Source: Candidatus Omnitrophota bacterium (GTDB taxonomy: Bacteria; Omnitrophota; Gorgyraeia; Gygaellales; Profunditerraquicolaceae). From it: a DNA stretch of 64,000 nt. The position numbers were made by a program, and so were the translations under genes. The stretch is from assembly GCA_041309145.1 (NCBI GenBank), contig JBFZAG010000079.1, positions 15-64,014 on the forward strand. The letters are read 5' to 3'. Shown here piece by piece: positions 54,180 to 62,886 of this stretch (the stretch's first letter is position 1; every line of letters starts with the position of its first letter). The notes under the pieces were generated by a model. It ran no database searches. It saw nothing but the letters and a program-made list of their open reading frames with translations, and had not been told where the DNA came from.

Positions 54180-54797
54180 AGGGACGGTTCTCGTTTAGAT
54201 CAAGAAGTGTCCCTGAAAAAAGATTAATTTTTTAGTTAGATTTTCCGATTTTATACGTCTATTGTATTAGGAGGTGATGGATATGCCCAGAATAGCAAGA
54301 ATTACCTTGGATAATACTTGTTACCATATTATCACACGGGGAAACCAAAAACAACCGGTTTTTCTCGAGACTAAAGACTTCAGAAGGTTTATTTTTTTGC
54401 TTAATAGATGCAAAAGGAGGTTTAAATTCAAACTTTATTCTTTTTGTTTAATGCCTAACCATGTCCATCTTATGTTGGAAGTAGAAAAATCCGCCACCCT
54501 CCAGAGAATAATGCGGAGTTTAAACCTAAGTTACACTTTATATTTTAATTTTAAATACAATAAAGTAGGCCACCTTTGGCAGGATAGATACAAAAGCAGG
54601 ATCATTGAAAAAGATAAATATTTCTTTAAATGCATTGAGTATATTGAATCTAATCCCCAACGCGCTTGCCTGGCTAAAGATATAACTGCTTATCCCTGGA
54701 ATAGTTATGTTTTTAGAACCAACCAAAGTGCTATCTTGGACGATCTTTCTTGTGTTTGATAAGGGGACACTTCTCAATCTGGATGAGAACCGTCCCT
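54180..54797 (+). mobile_element. REP-RAYT unit: IS200/IS605-family (HuH Y1) REP-associated tyrosine transposase gene flanked by inverted REP hairpins
   Basis: Left REP at 54180-54214 (agggacggttctc-gtttagatcaa-gaagtgtccct). Right REP at 54764-54797, which is the reverse complement of agggacggttctc-atccagattga-gaagtgtcccc. TnpA/RAYT CDS lies between them. Further REP copies are at 23577-23611 and 28020-28077. Confidence 0.65.
54277..54759 (+). CDS. REP-associated tyrosine transposase (RAYT, IS200-like Y1 HuH transposase)
   Basis: 161 aa. HuH motif NHVHLMLE, conserved catalytic region ..GHLWQDRY (Tyr) and ..IESNP. ATG at 54277 with GGAGG RBS. Confidence 0.7.
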   Translation: MDMPRIARITLDNTCYHIITRGNQKQPVFLETKDFRRFIFLLNRCKRRFKFKLYSFCLMPNHVHLMLEVEKSATLQRIMRSLNLSYTLYFNFKYNKVGHLWQDRYKSRIIEKDKYFFKCIEYIESNPQRACLAKDITAYPWNSYVFRTNQSAILDDLSCV

Positions 54798-56079
54798 AGC
54801 TTTGGGCGGATTTTACAAGTAAGGGCAGGATATCCTGGCCGGCCAGTTCCCCCAGCGAGCCCGAGCGACAGGCCTTTTCGGAAAAGCTTAAAGAGCCGTC
54901 GGGCTTGATGTTCGCCCCGCAGACAAGTATGGGCACCGGGATCGCCGAATGGGCTTTGATATTGCAGACCGTGCAGAGGTCCGAGGTAACGCAGATCACA
55001 CAATCTTTCAGGTCGATCCCGGAGAGCAGGGCCGGGAAGAAATATTTGTCGATAGCTTCGATTATCTCTTTTTTCCTCAAAGAATCTCCGTCATGTCCGG
55101 GATCGTCCGGGCCTTTAATATGGACATACAGCCCGTCATAGCGGTTAAGAGAATCCAGGGCCACTTTGGCCCAGACCGGATAATCCACGTCAAGGTGTCC
55201 GCTGGAAGAAGGAACGTCGGCGATCTCCATGCCGGTCAAAAGGGCGATCCCCCGCTCCACCGGCATTTCCACAAAACAGCCGAATTTCATCTTGTATAAT
55301 TCCGAGATGTCAAGGAACTTAGGCAGGCTGTCCCCGGCTGAACGGCATAAAACCAGATTTGCCGGTAACATCCCCTGCTCGATCCTTTTTTTATTCACCG
55401 CGGATTCCGCCAGGACCCGATGGGACTTTTCGGTAAACTCGTTTAAAAGACCGGCGGCTTCCTGGGCCGAAAAATTATTTTCAAAGGCCGGCATAGGAGC
55501 CGACAAAGAAACAACTAAAGGAAAATTCTCCCTGGCTGATCCGAACATGCCCACCCGCTCGTAAGCCGGGTCGGTGTTGGTGATCCAGCCCGACAGTTCC
55601 GAGCGTATCCCCCTGATCACTAAGACGGCGCGGTGGCCGACAGTGTTTTTAAACTCAAAAGTCGCGCTGGAAAGCGCGACTTTGGTATTTATTTCTTTGG
55701 CCAGGAAAGTTGCTTCTTCTGTAGTCAGGGTTCTGGCCACCCGGCGGTCTTTGATCGTCTTACCATCGCTCTCAACCGTAGCGAAATTGGCCCGCAAAGC
55801 CAGATTTCCTTCATTTACGGCTATTCCTTCGGAAAAAGCCTCCAGCGGACCCCGGCCGGTGTAATATTTATTGGGGTCGTAGCCTAAAAGGCTGATCACC
55901 GCGATATCCGACTCAGGAGCTATGCCCGGAGAAAAAGTATGGACTAAACCGGTCCGGCCTTTTTGAGCCAGCCGGTCCATATTCGGGGTTAAAGCGGCCT
56001 CCAAAGGAGTCTTACCTCCGAGCTTTACCAACGGCTCGTCGCCTAAACCGTCCAGGACTATGTAGATTATTTTTTTCAA
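54796..56079 (-). CDS. apgM: 2,3-bisphosphoglycerate-independent phosphoglycerate mutase, archaeal-type (ApgM)
   Basis: 427 aa. N-terminal IVLDGLGD metal-site motif and ..HIKGPDDPGHDGD region typical of the ApgM family. Confidence 0.75.
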   Translation of the reverse strand: MKKIIYIVLDGLGDEPLVKLGGKTPLEAALTPNMDRLAQKGRTGLVHTFSPGIAPESDIAVISLLGYDPNKYYTGRGPLEAFSEGIAVNEGNLALRANFATVESDGKTIKDRRVARTLTTEEATFLAKEINTKVALSSATFEFKNTVGHRAVLVIRGIRSELSGWITNTDPAYERVGMFGSARENFPLVVSLSAPMPAFENNFSAQEAAGLLNEFTEKSHRVLAESAVNKKRIEQGMLPANLVLCRSAGDSLPKFLDISELYKMKFGCFVEMPVERGIALLTGMEIADVPSSSGHLDVDYPVWAKVALDSLNRYDGLYVHIKGPDDPGHDGDSLRKKEIIEAIDKYFFPALLSGIDLKDCVICVTSDLCTVCNIKAHSAIPVPILVCGANIKPDGSLSFSEKACRSGSLGELAGQDILPLLVKSAQS

Positions 56080-56124
56080 TAGGGCTTGTTATTTTCGTTT
56101 GATTCCATTGTGCTTTATAAAAGC

Positions 56125-56154
56125 TTCGGCCCGGCGTGCTTTGCCGGGCCGAAA
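56125..56154 (-). terminator. terminator hairpin after nrdJ
   Basis: Perfect 10-bp inverted repeat ttcggcccgg / ccgggccgaa with a 10-nt loop, followed on the minus strand by CTTTT. Confidence 0.5.
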
Positions 56155-56170
56155 CAGGAACTTTAACGAA

Positions 56171-58456
56171 TTAACATTTGGAATAACCGCAAAGACATTT
56201 GATGCAGCCTTCTTCGTGGCGTAAAGCTCCGCCGCAATCCGGGCACATTCCGACCACATCTGCCTGGGAGTCAAGCTCCAGGTGGACATCTTCCCGGGAG
56301 GAATGTTTCATGGCCATCATTGCCTGGTTTTCTGCCGGGACAGCATGCGCCTGGGCGTTAGCCAGCCTTCTTTCAATGACCCGGGCAATAGCGTCGGCGC
56401 AGGAGAATATTCTCTGGCCTTTTTCCCAGGAAGGGGACGGGCAGCGGATATTGCGCAGCTGTTCGATTATGGATTTGACCTCTACCCCGGCGCGAAAAGC
56501 CAGCGATACCATCCTGCCCACAGCTTCAAGCTGGCTGCCGGCGCAACCGCCGGCCTTGCCCATCTGGGTGAACAGCTCAAAAGGCCGGCCTTCTTCGTCC
56601 ATGTTGATGGTCACATAGAGATTGCCGCAGCCGGTAGCGACCTTAGTGGTGGTGCCGAAAACTACTTCCGGCCGGGGACGGGGAGTGATCTTGCCCGGCT
56701 CGCTCTTGGATTCTTTTCCGGAGGGAGCCTCAGCTTTATGATTAATGTTTAAGACCTGTTCTTCCCGGCTTCGATCGCGGTAAACGGTGATCCCTTTGCA
56801 GTTAAGATCATAAGCCAAAAGATAAGCTTTTCTGACGTCGTCCATCGTGGCTTCGTGGGGAAAATTTATCGTCTTGGATACGGCATTGTGGACATATTTC
56901 TGGAACGCCGCCTGCATCTTGACATGCCATTCCGGGTTGATATCGTGGGCGGTAACGAATATTGACTTAATGTCTTCCGGCACGCCTTCAATATGGGCTA
57001 AAGATCCGGATTCGGCGATCTTTTCCATGAGCTGCCGGCTGTAGAAACCGCGCTCTTTGGCGATCTCTTCGAATAAAGGATCCACTTCCACCAGCTTGTC
57101 ATTATCCATGACGTTGCGGTAATAAACAATGGCGAACAGCGGCTCGATCCCCGAAGAACAAGGCCCGGCAATAATGCTGATGGTCCCGGTGGGAGCGATG
57201 GTGGTCAAAGTCGCGTTGCGGACCCTGATCCCCTGTTTTTCCCAGGTGCTGCCTTTATAGGTCGGGAACACCCCTTTTTCCCTGGCCAGCTCTTCTGATT
57301 TCTTCTGAGCTTCCTTAAGGATAAAAGACATGACCTTTTCCCCTAAAGCTACCGCTTCGCCGCTGTTATAGGGTATGCCCAGGCGGATCAAAAGCGTAGC
57401 CCAGCCCATCACCCCCAAGCCGATCTTGCGGGTGGCCAAAGTAGCTTTTTCTATTTCGGGAAGAGGGAATTTGTTCACGTCGATCAGATTGTCCAGGAAA
57501 TGCACCGCCAGGCTGCTGACTGCCTTTAGCCGGTCCCAGTCCACCTTATAACCCTGTTCTTCTTTTTTCCAGAGCACAGCCAGGTTGATCGAACCCAGGT
57601 CGCAGCTTTCGTAAGGCAAAAGCGGCTGCTCTCCGCAGGGGTTAGTGCTTTCCATTTTGCCAAGATGCGGAGTAGGATTATCGACATTGATCTTATCGAT
57701 ATAGATAATGCCCGGTTCTCCGTTCTTATGGGCCTGCTTGACGATCAGGTCGAATACTTCTTTAGGGTTGATCTTTTTGAATAACTGGTGGGAGTGGGGA
57801 TCGACCAGGCTGTGCTCCTGCCCGCTTTTTAATTTAGCCATAAAATCGTCGGTCACGGCGACCGAGATATTAAAATTGCTGATCTCTTTGTTGTTTTCCT
57901 TGCAGACGATGAACTCCATGATGTCAGGGTGGTCAATGCGCAATATCCCCATGTTCGCGCCCCGGCGGGTGCCGCCCTGTTTTACCGCTTCGGTGGCGGC
58001 GTCGTAAACTTTCATGAAAGATACCGGGCCGGAGGCCACGCCGCCGGTGGTTTTGACCACGGAATTCTTGGGCCGGATCCGGGAAAAAGAAAATCCCGTG
58101 CCGCCTCCGGATTTGTGGATCATCGCGGTGGCTTTCAGGGTTTCAAATATCGAATCCATGGAATCGTTTATGGGCAGAGTAAAGCACGCGCTTAACTGGC
58201 CCAGGTCGCGCCCCGCGTTCATCAAACACGGGGAATTGGGGACGAATTCCAAAGAAGTCATGGCTTTGTAAAAAGTTTCCTCCAGCTCCGCGGTCTCCTT
58301 GACGGTCTTGCGGTAATTCTTTTCCGCCTCGGCTATGGCTTTGGCTACCCTGCGGAACATTTCCTGCGCCGTCTCAGTCACCTTGCCCGCTTCGTCCCTT
58401 TTCAGGTATCTTCTTTCCAGGACCTTGAGGGCATTCTCCGACAATTTCAAAGCCAT
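56171..58456 (-). CDS. nrdJ: adenosylcobalamin-dependent (class II) ribonucleotide reductase NrdJ
   Basis: 761 aa. RNR catalytic core motifs (NPCGEQPLLPYESCDLGS, thiyl-radical Cys region). C-terminal Cys-rich tail CPDCGG...CIKCLCGYSKC. Confidence 0.8.
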   Translation of the reverse strand: MALKLSENALKVLERRYLKRDEAGKVTETAQEMFRRVAKAIAEAEKNYRKTVKETAELEETFYKAMTSLEFVPNSPCLMNAGRDLGQLSACFTLPINDSMDSIFETLKATAMIHKSGGGTGFSFSRIRPKNSVVKTTGGVASGPVSFMKVYDAATEAVKQGGTRRGANMGILRIDHPDIMEFIVCKENNKEISNFNISVAVTDDFMAKLKSGQEHSLVDPHSHQLFKKINPKEVFDLIVKQAHKNGEPGIIYIDKINVDNPTPHLGKMESTNPCGEQPLLPYESCDLGSINLAVLWKKEEQGYKVDWDRLKAVSSLAVHFLDNLIDVNKFPLPEIEKATLATRKIGLGVMGWATLLIRLGIPYNSGEAVALGEKVMSFILKEAQKKSEELAREKGVFPTYKGSTWEKQGIRVRNATLTTIAPTGTISIIAGPCSSGIEPLFAIVYYRNVMDNDKLVEVDPLFEEIAKERGFYSRQLMEKIAESGSLAHIEGVPEDIKSIFVTAHDINPEWHVKMQAAFQKYVHNAVSKTINFPHEATMDDVRKAYLLAYDLNCKGITVYRDRSREEQVLNINHKAEAPSGKESKSEPGKITPRPRPEVVFGTTTKVATGCGNLYVTINMDEEGRPFELFTQMGKAGGCAGSQLEAVGRMVSLAFRAGVEVKSIIEQLRNIRCPSPSWEKGQRIFSCADAIARVIERRLANAQAHAVPAENQAMMAMKHSSREDVHLELDSQADVVGMCPDCGGALRHEEGCIKCLCGYSKC

Positions 58457-58547
58457 TTTTCCTCCCGCTATAAAGACGTTTTAAAATCGACTCTTCCTCT
58501 TGCTAAAAAAAAATTATACACCCGCTTAAATTTATGTCAATAAAAAA

Positions 58548-58594
58548 ATACAATATATAGTATATTTTCTGGTACCAGATACTACAAATTGTAT
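58548..58594 (-). promoter_or_regulatory. putative tandem NrdR boxes upstream of nrdJ
   Basis: Box 1 atacaatatatagtat (58548-58563) is a near-palindrome matching the NrdR consensus acaCwAtATaTwGtgt. Box 2 atactacaaattgtat (58579-58594). Centre-to-centre spacing is 31 bp, as is usual for NrdR operator pairs. Confidence 0.4.
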
Positions 58595-58603
58595 TATGGA
58601 GAT

Positions 58604-59635
58604 TTAGTTCTTCGTCGGGCCGGCATGCTGGCAAGACTCCCTGATCACCAGTTCCGTAGGAAGAAAAACCTTTTTTACCGGGGCTTTCTTTCCCAGGTTC
58701 ATGATAACGCTTAATTCTTTCACCGAGTCCTGAGCCATTTTTACCAAAGGCTGCCGCACCGTCGTCAAAGCCACCGGGCCGTAGAGCCCGGAAGGATTAT
58801 CGTCGAAACCGACCAAGGAAAGATCCGCGGGGATCTTCAGATCGTGCTCGTGGGCCATTGACATGACTTCCAGGGCCATCGAATCGGAAGCCACGAATAT
58901 GGCGGTCGGGCGGTCATTTAAAGTCAGCAAAGTCTGCGCCGCCTGCCTGGCCTGCCCGCGGGAATAATCGGTCTTTACAATATATTCGTCACGCACGGCT
59001 ATTTTATTTTTCGCCAGCGCCCGCTTATAACCTTCCAGACGGGCTTCCGCGGCCTGAGTGATCAGATCCCCGGTGATATGGGCGATCTTTTTATGGCCCA
59101 GCCCGATCAAATAATTCACCACGCTTTCCGCTCCTGCCCGGTTATCTATGGCAATACAGTTTACCGGCAGGTCCTGGACATAGTTATTGATCACTATCGA
59201 CGGTATCCCCAGGCTTAAAGCTTCTTCAACCTGTTTGCGGTTTGCGATGACGTCGGCGAATATCACCCCGCCGATGCCTCTGAGATTGAAATTAGAGCGG
59301 GCATCGGTAAGATGCAGCAATAGATCCAGCTTCATAGCCGAGGCCAGCGTTCCTATGCCGCGGATAAGCTCCAGCGCGTAAAAAGAATAGAATATGCCTT
59401 CGTAACGGGGGATGACCAGGGCGATAACGTTGCTTTTGCCGGTGGCCAGCCTCTGAGCAAAAACCGAGGGATGGAAATTAAGCTCGGAGATCACCTCTTG
59501 TACTCTTTTGCGGTTCTTTTCCTTGACTAAAGGGCTTTTGTTGATTACCCGGGAAACCGTGCTGATGGAAACCTTGGCCAGCCGGGCCACGTCGGTTATG
59601 GAGATCGTTTTAGAAGGCTCTTTTCTTCTGCGCAT
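58604..59635 (-). CDS. LacI-family transcriptional regulator
   Basis: N-terminal HTH (ISITDVARLAKVSISTVSRVINKS) and a periplasmic-binding-protein-like effector domain. Confidence 0.75.
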   Translation of the reverse strand: MRRRKEPSKTISITDVARLAKVSISTVSRVINKSPLVKEKNRKRVQEVISELNFHPSVFAQRLATGKSNVIALVIPRYEGIFYSFYALELIRGIGTLASAMKLDLLLHLTDARSNFNLRGIGGVIFADVIANRKQVEEALSLGIPSIVINNYVQDLPVNCIAIDNRAGAESVVNYLIGLGHKKIAHITGDLITQAAEARLEGYKRALAKNKIAVRDEYIVKTDYSRGQARQAAQTLLTLNDRPTAIFVASDSMALEVMSMAHEHDLKIPADLSLVGFDDNPSGLYGPVALTTVRQPLVKMAQDSVKELSVIMNLGKKAPVKKVFLPTELVIRESCQHAGPTKN

Positions 59636-59666
59636 GATTTTTTATGAGATTGTTGTAAAAAAAAGC

Positions 59667-60878
59667 TTATTTTGCTATATCTCCGACGGCTATAGCCATG
59701 GATTCATTATTTATATCGCAAGCCGAGATGTTATCCCTGACCTGAATGACTTCCACTTCGGCCGCTAAAATATCTTTTTTGAATATCCGGAAAGTATCCC
59801 CCACCTTGACCCCTGAGCTGGAGCCGATATTCAGGATCGCGAAATTATTCTCCCTGTTGATCGCGATCACCGAAACGGCCTTCTTAGCCTGCGGAGCCTG
59901 AAGCAGGTCCTCTTCTGTATTCTTGACCACAATCGGCGCCAGTTCAATCGAGCTTTTTCCCTTGGAACCGAGAGCTCCCGGACTTTGCGAAAAAGAATTC
60001 CTCTGGCTGTCTTCGGGCATGATTATTCCCAGGTCGGTCCTCAGGCTGTCGACCTGCAGGATCTTTTCCCGGACAAATGACTCCATTTTAGCCATGCTTG
60101 TTTCAAGAGCGGCATTCTTTTCCTGCAGTTCGGAGAATTTGTTTTCGAGCTTGGTTTTACGGTCGTAGATCGCTTTTAATTGCGACTTCAGGAATTTATT
60201 TTCGCTCTTCAAAGCTTTAAGAGTCTCCGAGAGCTGGAACTTATAGTTTTTCTCGCGGGTCAGCTCGGCGGTCAGATTATCCGCCAGCTTTTTGTTGTAT
60301 TCGAACTCCCGGGTGGTATCTTTGGTCTCAGTTTCATAGGTATGCATGTCCAGCTCCAGCTTGCTCTTTTCCTGTTTGAGCTGGTCATTTTCAAGCTTCG
60401 CGGCCTTAAGGTCTTTGATCAGGTTATCCAGCTTAAGCTCTAATTCCGCTTTTCTCTTTAAGATCCCCGCCCAATAGGCGTCAGCTCCGGAAGAAGTCGG
60501 AGTTTCCGATTCTTTTTTAGGCTCTTCCTGCTTAACGGCAGCGGACTTGACAGAAGCAATTTTAACGCTTAGCGCATCCAACCCGGCCTTCAGCTGATCT
60601 CTTTCTTCTGCCAGCGACTTGAACCTTTTTTCCGCCTCTGCCTTATCGGCCTCTACTTTATCCAGGGACTTCTTGGCGCTGTTAAAATCCTCCCTGATAC
60701 GCTTATTTTCCGCATTAAGGTTGGATATCTGCGCGGACAGGGCATTGCCTGCTTCTTTAAGCTCATCCCTTTCGGTCTTTAATTTACCGACATACTGGCT
60801 GGACTGCAGAAGCAAGAACAGCATGATGATGATCACCGCGGCCAGACCGATAAGCACAAACTTCATTTTGTCCTGCAT
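59667..60878 (-). CDS. membrane-anchored coiled-coil protein with small C-terminal beta domain (hypothetical)
   Basis: N-terminal TM helix, about 270 aa of heptad-rich coiled coil (LKAGLDALS, LENKFSELQEKNAALE), C-terminal G.KVGD-containing beta segment. Confidence 0.45.
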   Translation of the reverse strand: MQDKMKFVLIGLAAVIIIMLFLLLQSSQYVGKLKTERDELKEAGNALSAQISNLNAENKRIREDFNSAKKSLDKVEADKAEAEKRFKSLAEERDQLKAGLDALSVKIASVKSAAVKQEEPKKESETPTSSGADAYWAGILKRKAELELKLDNLIKDLKAAKLENDQLKQEKSKLELDMHTYETETKDTTREFEYNKKLADNLTAELTREKNYKFQLSETLKALKSENKFLKSQLKAIYDRKTKLENKFSELQEKNAALETSMAKMESFVREKILQVDSLRTDLGIIMPEDSQRNSFSQSPGALGSKGKSSIELAPIVVKNTEEDLLQAPQAKKAVSVIAINRENNFAILNIGSSSGVKVGDTFRIFKKDILAAEVEVIQVRDNISACDINNESMAIAVGDIAK

Positions 60879-60936
60879 CCAAACTCCTTAACGATCCAAA
60901 TCCGGTCCGCAGAAAATATATTGATATTATTAAGTC

Positions 60937-62175
60937 TCACCACAATTGGGCAAACAGCCTCTGCATCACCAGGCTGGCCGCCCCCAAAGCGACGGCGTTT
61001 TCCCTAAGCTGGGAATAAACGATCTTGAGATCTTCGGTCTCTTCCCGGAAAGACCATTCTCTTACCGTAGAGCTGACCTTGTTCAGAAAATTCTCGCCGG
61101 CCTCTTCTAAGCCGCCGCCGAGAACTACCATTTCGGGGTTCAGCAGATTAACCATGTGCGCGATCTTTATCCCCAGCCTTTTGGCCGCGCTGTCCAAAGC
61201 TGACAGGACCACCGGGTCTCCGGTGCGGCTGGCGATGAGCACGCTTTTAAAATCCACATTCTCCATATTCGAAGAGGTCAGTTTGAAAAATTTCGCGGCC
61301 GCTTCTTTGTCCTGAGAAAGCCTGGATTTGACTTCGTCTAAGATCCCCAGATCCATTTCCCAGCGTTTCAGAAAACAGCCGTTAGCCGCTTCGCAATTAA
61401 AAGTTTCCTGCTCTTTATAATTGTAAATAGCTACTTCTCCGGCGTACCCCTGGGAGCCCCGGTAGATCTGGCCGTTGATCAGCAGGCCGCAGCCTACGCC
61501 GGAAAACATATAAATGAGGTTCCGGATCCCGGATTCAATTCCCAGCCAGTATTCCCCGAAGCAGGCGCTGGTTGCGTCGTTTTCGATCAAGGTCGGAACG
61601 TTGAATTCCCTTTCGATCAGACTCTTTAAGGGAAGATCAACCGAAGCGTAAGTATAATAGTGGTCCATTTTCTGCGGCCAGTGGATGGAGCCGTCCTGCT
61701 TGTTGACCAGCCCGGCGATCCCCACCCCCACGCCCTTGATATTGGCGGTGTAATCTTTAGACCGGCGGAATATCTCGCGGATGATCTGAAGGAGGGCTTC
61801 GGTAATGTCTTTTACCGAAGGCTTCTGCGGCTTGGCGATCTGGGTCTTGGTGATGATGTTGCCTTTTAGATCGACCAGCAGCCCGACCATATTCATCAGG
61901 TTAAGCCCTACTCCTATAATATAGCCTCCCTGGGGGTTGAGATCCAGCAGGACCGGCCTTCTGCCGCCTTCGGAAATATCCAGCTCTTTTTCAAAAACCA
62001 GGTTGTGCTTGATAAAATCGTCGATGTAGTTGGAGATGGTCACGACGTTTATCCCGATCTCTTTGGAGATTTCCGGACGGCTGATGGGGCCGCGTTTCCT
62101 GAGGAGTTCGAGGATGTCGATATTACGTCTTTCTTTTTCGGAGAGATTGTCGCTCTGAAAATCAATGGGGTGCAT
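60937..62175 (-). CDS. ROK-family regulator/sugar kinase (NagC/XylR-like, N-terminal wHTH)
   Basis: 412 aa. wHTH (ILELLRKRGPISRPEISKEIGINVVTISNYI), ROK glycine motifs (GVGLNL, GVGVGIAGLV) and the Cys-rich zinc motif region (..CFGEYW..). Confidence 0.7.
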   Translation of the reverse strand: MHPIDFQSDNLSEKERRNIDILELLRKRGPISRPEISKEIGINVVTISNYIDDFIKHNLVFEKELDISEGGRRPVLLDLNPQGGYIIGVGLNLMNMVGLLVDLKGNIITKTQIAKPQKPSVKDITEALLQIIREIFRRSKDYTANIKGVGVGIAGLVNKQDGSIHWPQKMDHYYTYASVDLPLKSLIEREFNVPTLIENDATSACFGEYWLGIESGIRNLIYMFSGVGCGLLINGQIYRGSQGYAGEVAIYNYKEQETFNCEAANGCFLKRWEMDLGILDEVKSRLSQDKEAAAKFFKLTSSNMENVDFKSVLIASRTGDPVVLSALDSAAKRLGIKIAHMVNLLNPEMVVLGGGLEEAGENFLNKVSSTVREWSFREETEDLKIVYSQLRENAVALGAASLVMQRLFAQLW

Positions 62176-62357
62176 GGAATTTACCTTTCTTTACAGCAAT
62201 GGTGGGAATATTTTCTGGACGCTATGGTTAATTATATAAGTGGCATCATTATAAGTCAAGTTTTTTTAATAATTAATAGCCCTTAGATGATGCGATGAAG
62301 CGGTTTAAGTCAAAAAACAAAGACAGGCCCGGAAAAACCCGCCTCCGTTCTTCCAAA

Positions 62358-62385
62358 TTGACTTAAGGTTGACTATTAAATAAAA
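62358..62385 (+). promoter_or_regulatory. near-consensus sigma70 promoter for tRNA-Thr
   Basis: TTGACT (62358-62363), 16-bp spacer, TATAAT (62380-62385), about 20 bp upstream of the tRNA 5' end. Confidence 0.55.
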
Positions 62386-62405
62386 GTTGTTATAATGTTT
62401 TAAAT

Positions 62406-62478
62406 GCCGGCGTAGCTCAGTTGGTAGAGCAGCGCTTTCGTAAAGCGCGGGCCGGGGGTTCGATTCCTCTCGCCGGCT
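62406..62478 (+). tRNA. tRNA-Thr (anticodon CGU)
   Basis: Hand-folded. Acceptor gccggcg/cgccggc, D-arm gctc-agttggta-gagc, anticodon stem gcgct/agcgc with loop ttCGTaa, T-arm ggggg-ttcgatt-cctct, discriminator t. Closely resembles E. coli tRNA-Thr(CGU). CCA is not encoded. Confidence 0.85.
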
Positions 62479-62483
62479 TTTAA

Positions 62484-62850
62484 ATTATCGCACTTCCTTC
62501 CCCGGACCGAAAGGGGTGCGGGGAAAGAAATTTCCCCGCGTATTCGGGGTAACAGCGACAAGCGAAGCGCGGAGCGCCATAGGGGCAGAGCCCCTTTGGG
62601 AACGGGCCGGAGGGTTCGATTCCTCTCGCCGGCTTTTAAATTCTTATGCTTTTGACCCGGCCCAAGGGGGAGTTTGAGGGGGAAAATCTCCCCCTCAACG
62701 AGACACTTCCCGGTTACGCTACGGGGTGACAGCGAACAAAGTGAGCTTCAGAGGGGCAATAAGCCCCTATGAAGCGCGAGCGTAAGCGAGCGCGGCCGGA
62801 GGGTTCGATTCCCTGCCTGACGGCAGGCAGGCTCTCGCCGGCTTTTAAAT
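62484..62850 (+). repeat. two tandem homologous units (about 157 and 210 bp), each ending in a copy of the tRNA-Thr 3' end (T-arm plus 3' acceptor strand plus ttttaaa)
   Basis: ccggagggttcgattcctctcgccggcttttaaa recurs at 62611-62644, and again at 62797-62850 with a hairpin cctgcctgacggcagg inserted into the T-arm. Both units share an upstream core (cggggtRacagcgaaca..agcg..ggggca..gcccct) and contain GNRA-type and other stable hairpins. Neither unit has a 5' acceptor strand (no gccggcg). Confidence 0.6.
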
Positions 62851-62886
62851 AAAGCTTTTGATAACAGCGGCTTTTATTTCTTGCCT

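Noticed and set aside
62484-62850. Two additional tRNA genes after tRNA-Thr
   Set aside because: Units 2 and 3 contain the T-arm and 3' acceptor strand but no complementary 5' acceptor strand (gccggcg), no D-arm and no anticodon arm. Unit 3 has a hairpin inserted into its T-arm. They cannot fold as tRNAs.
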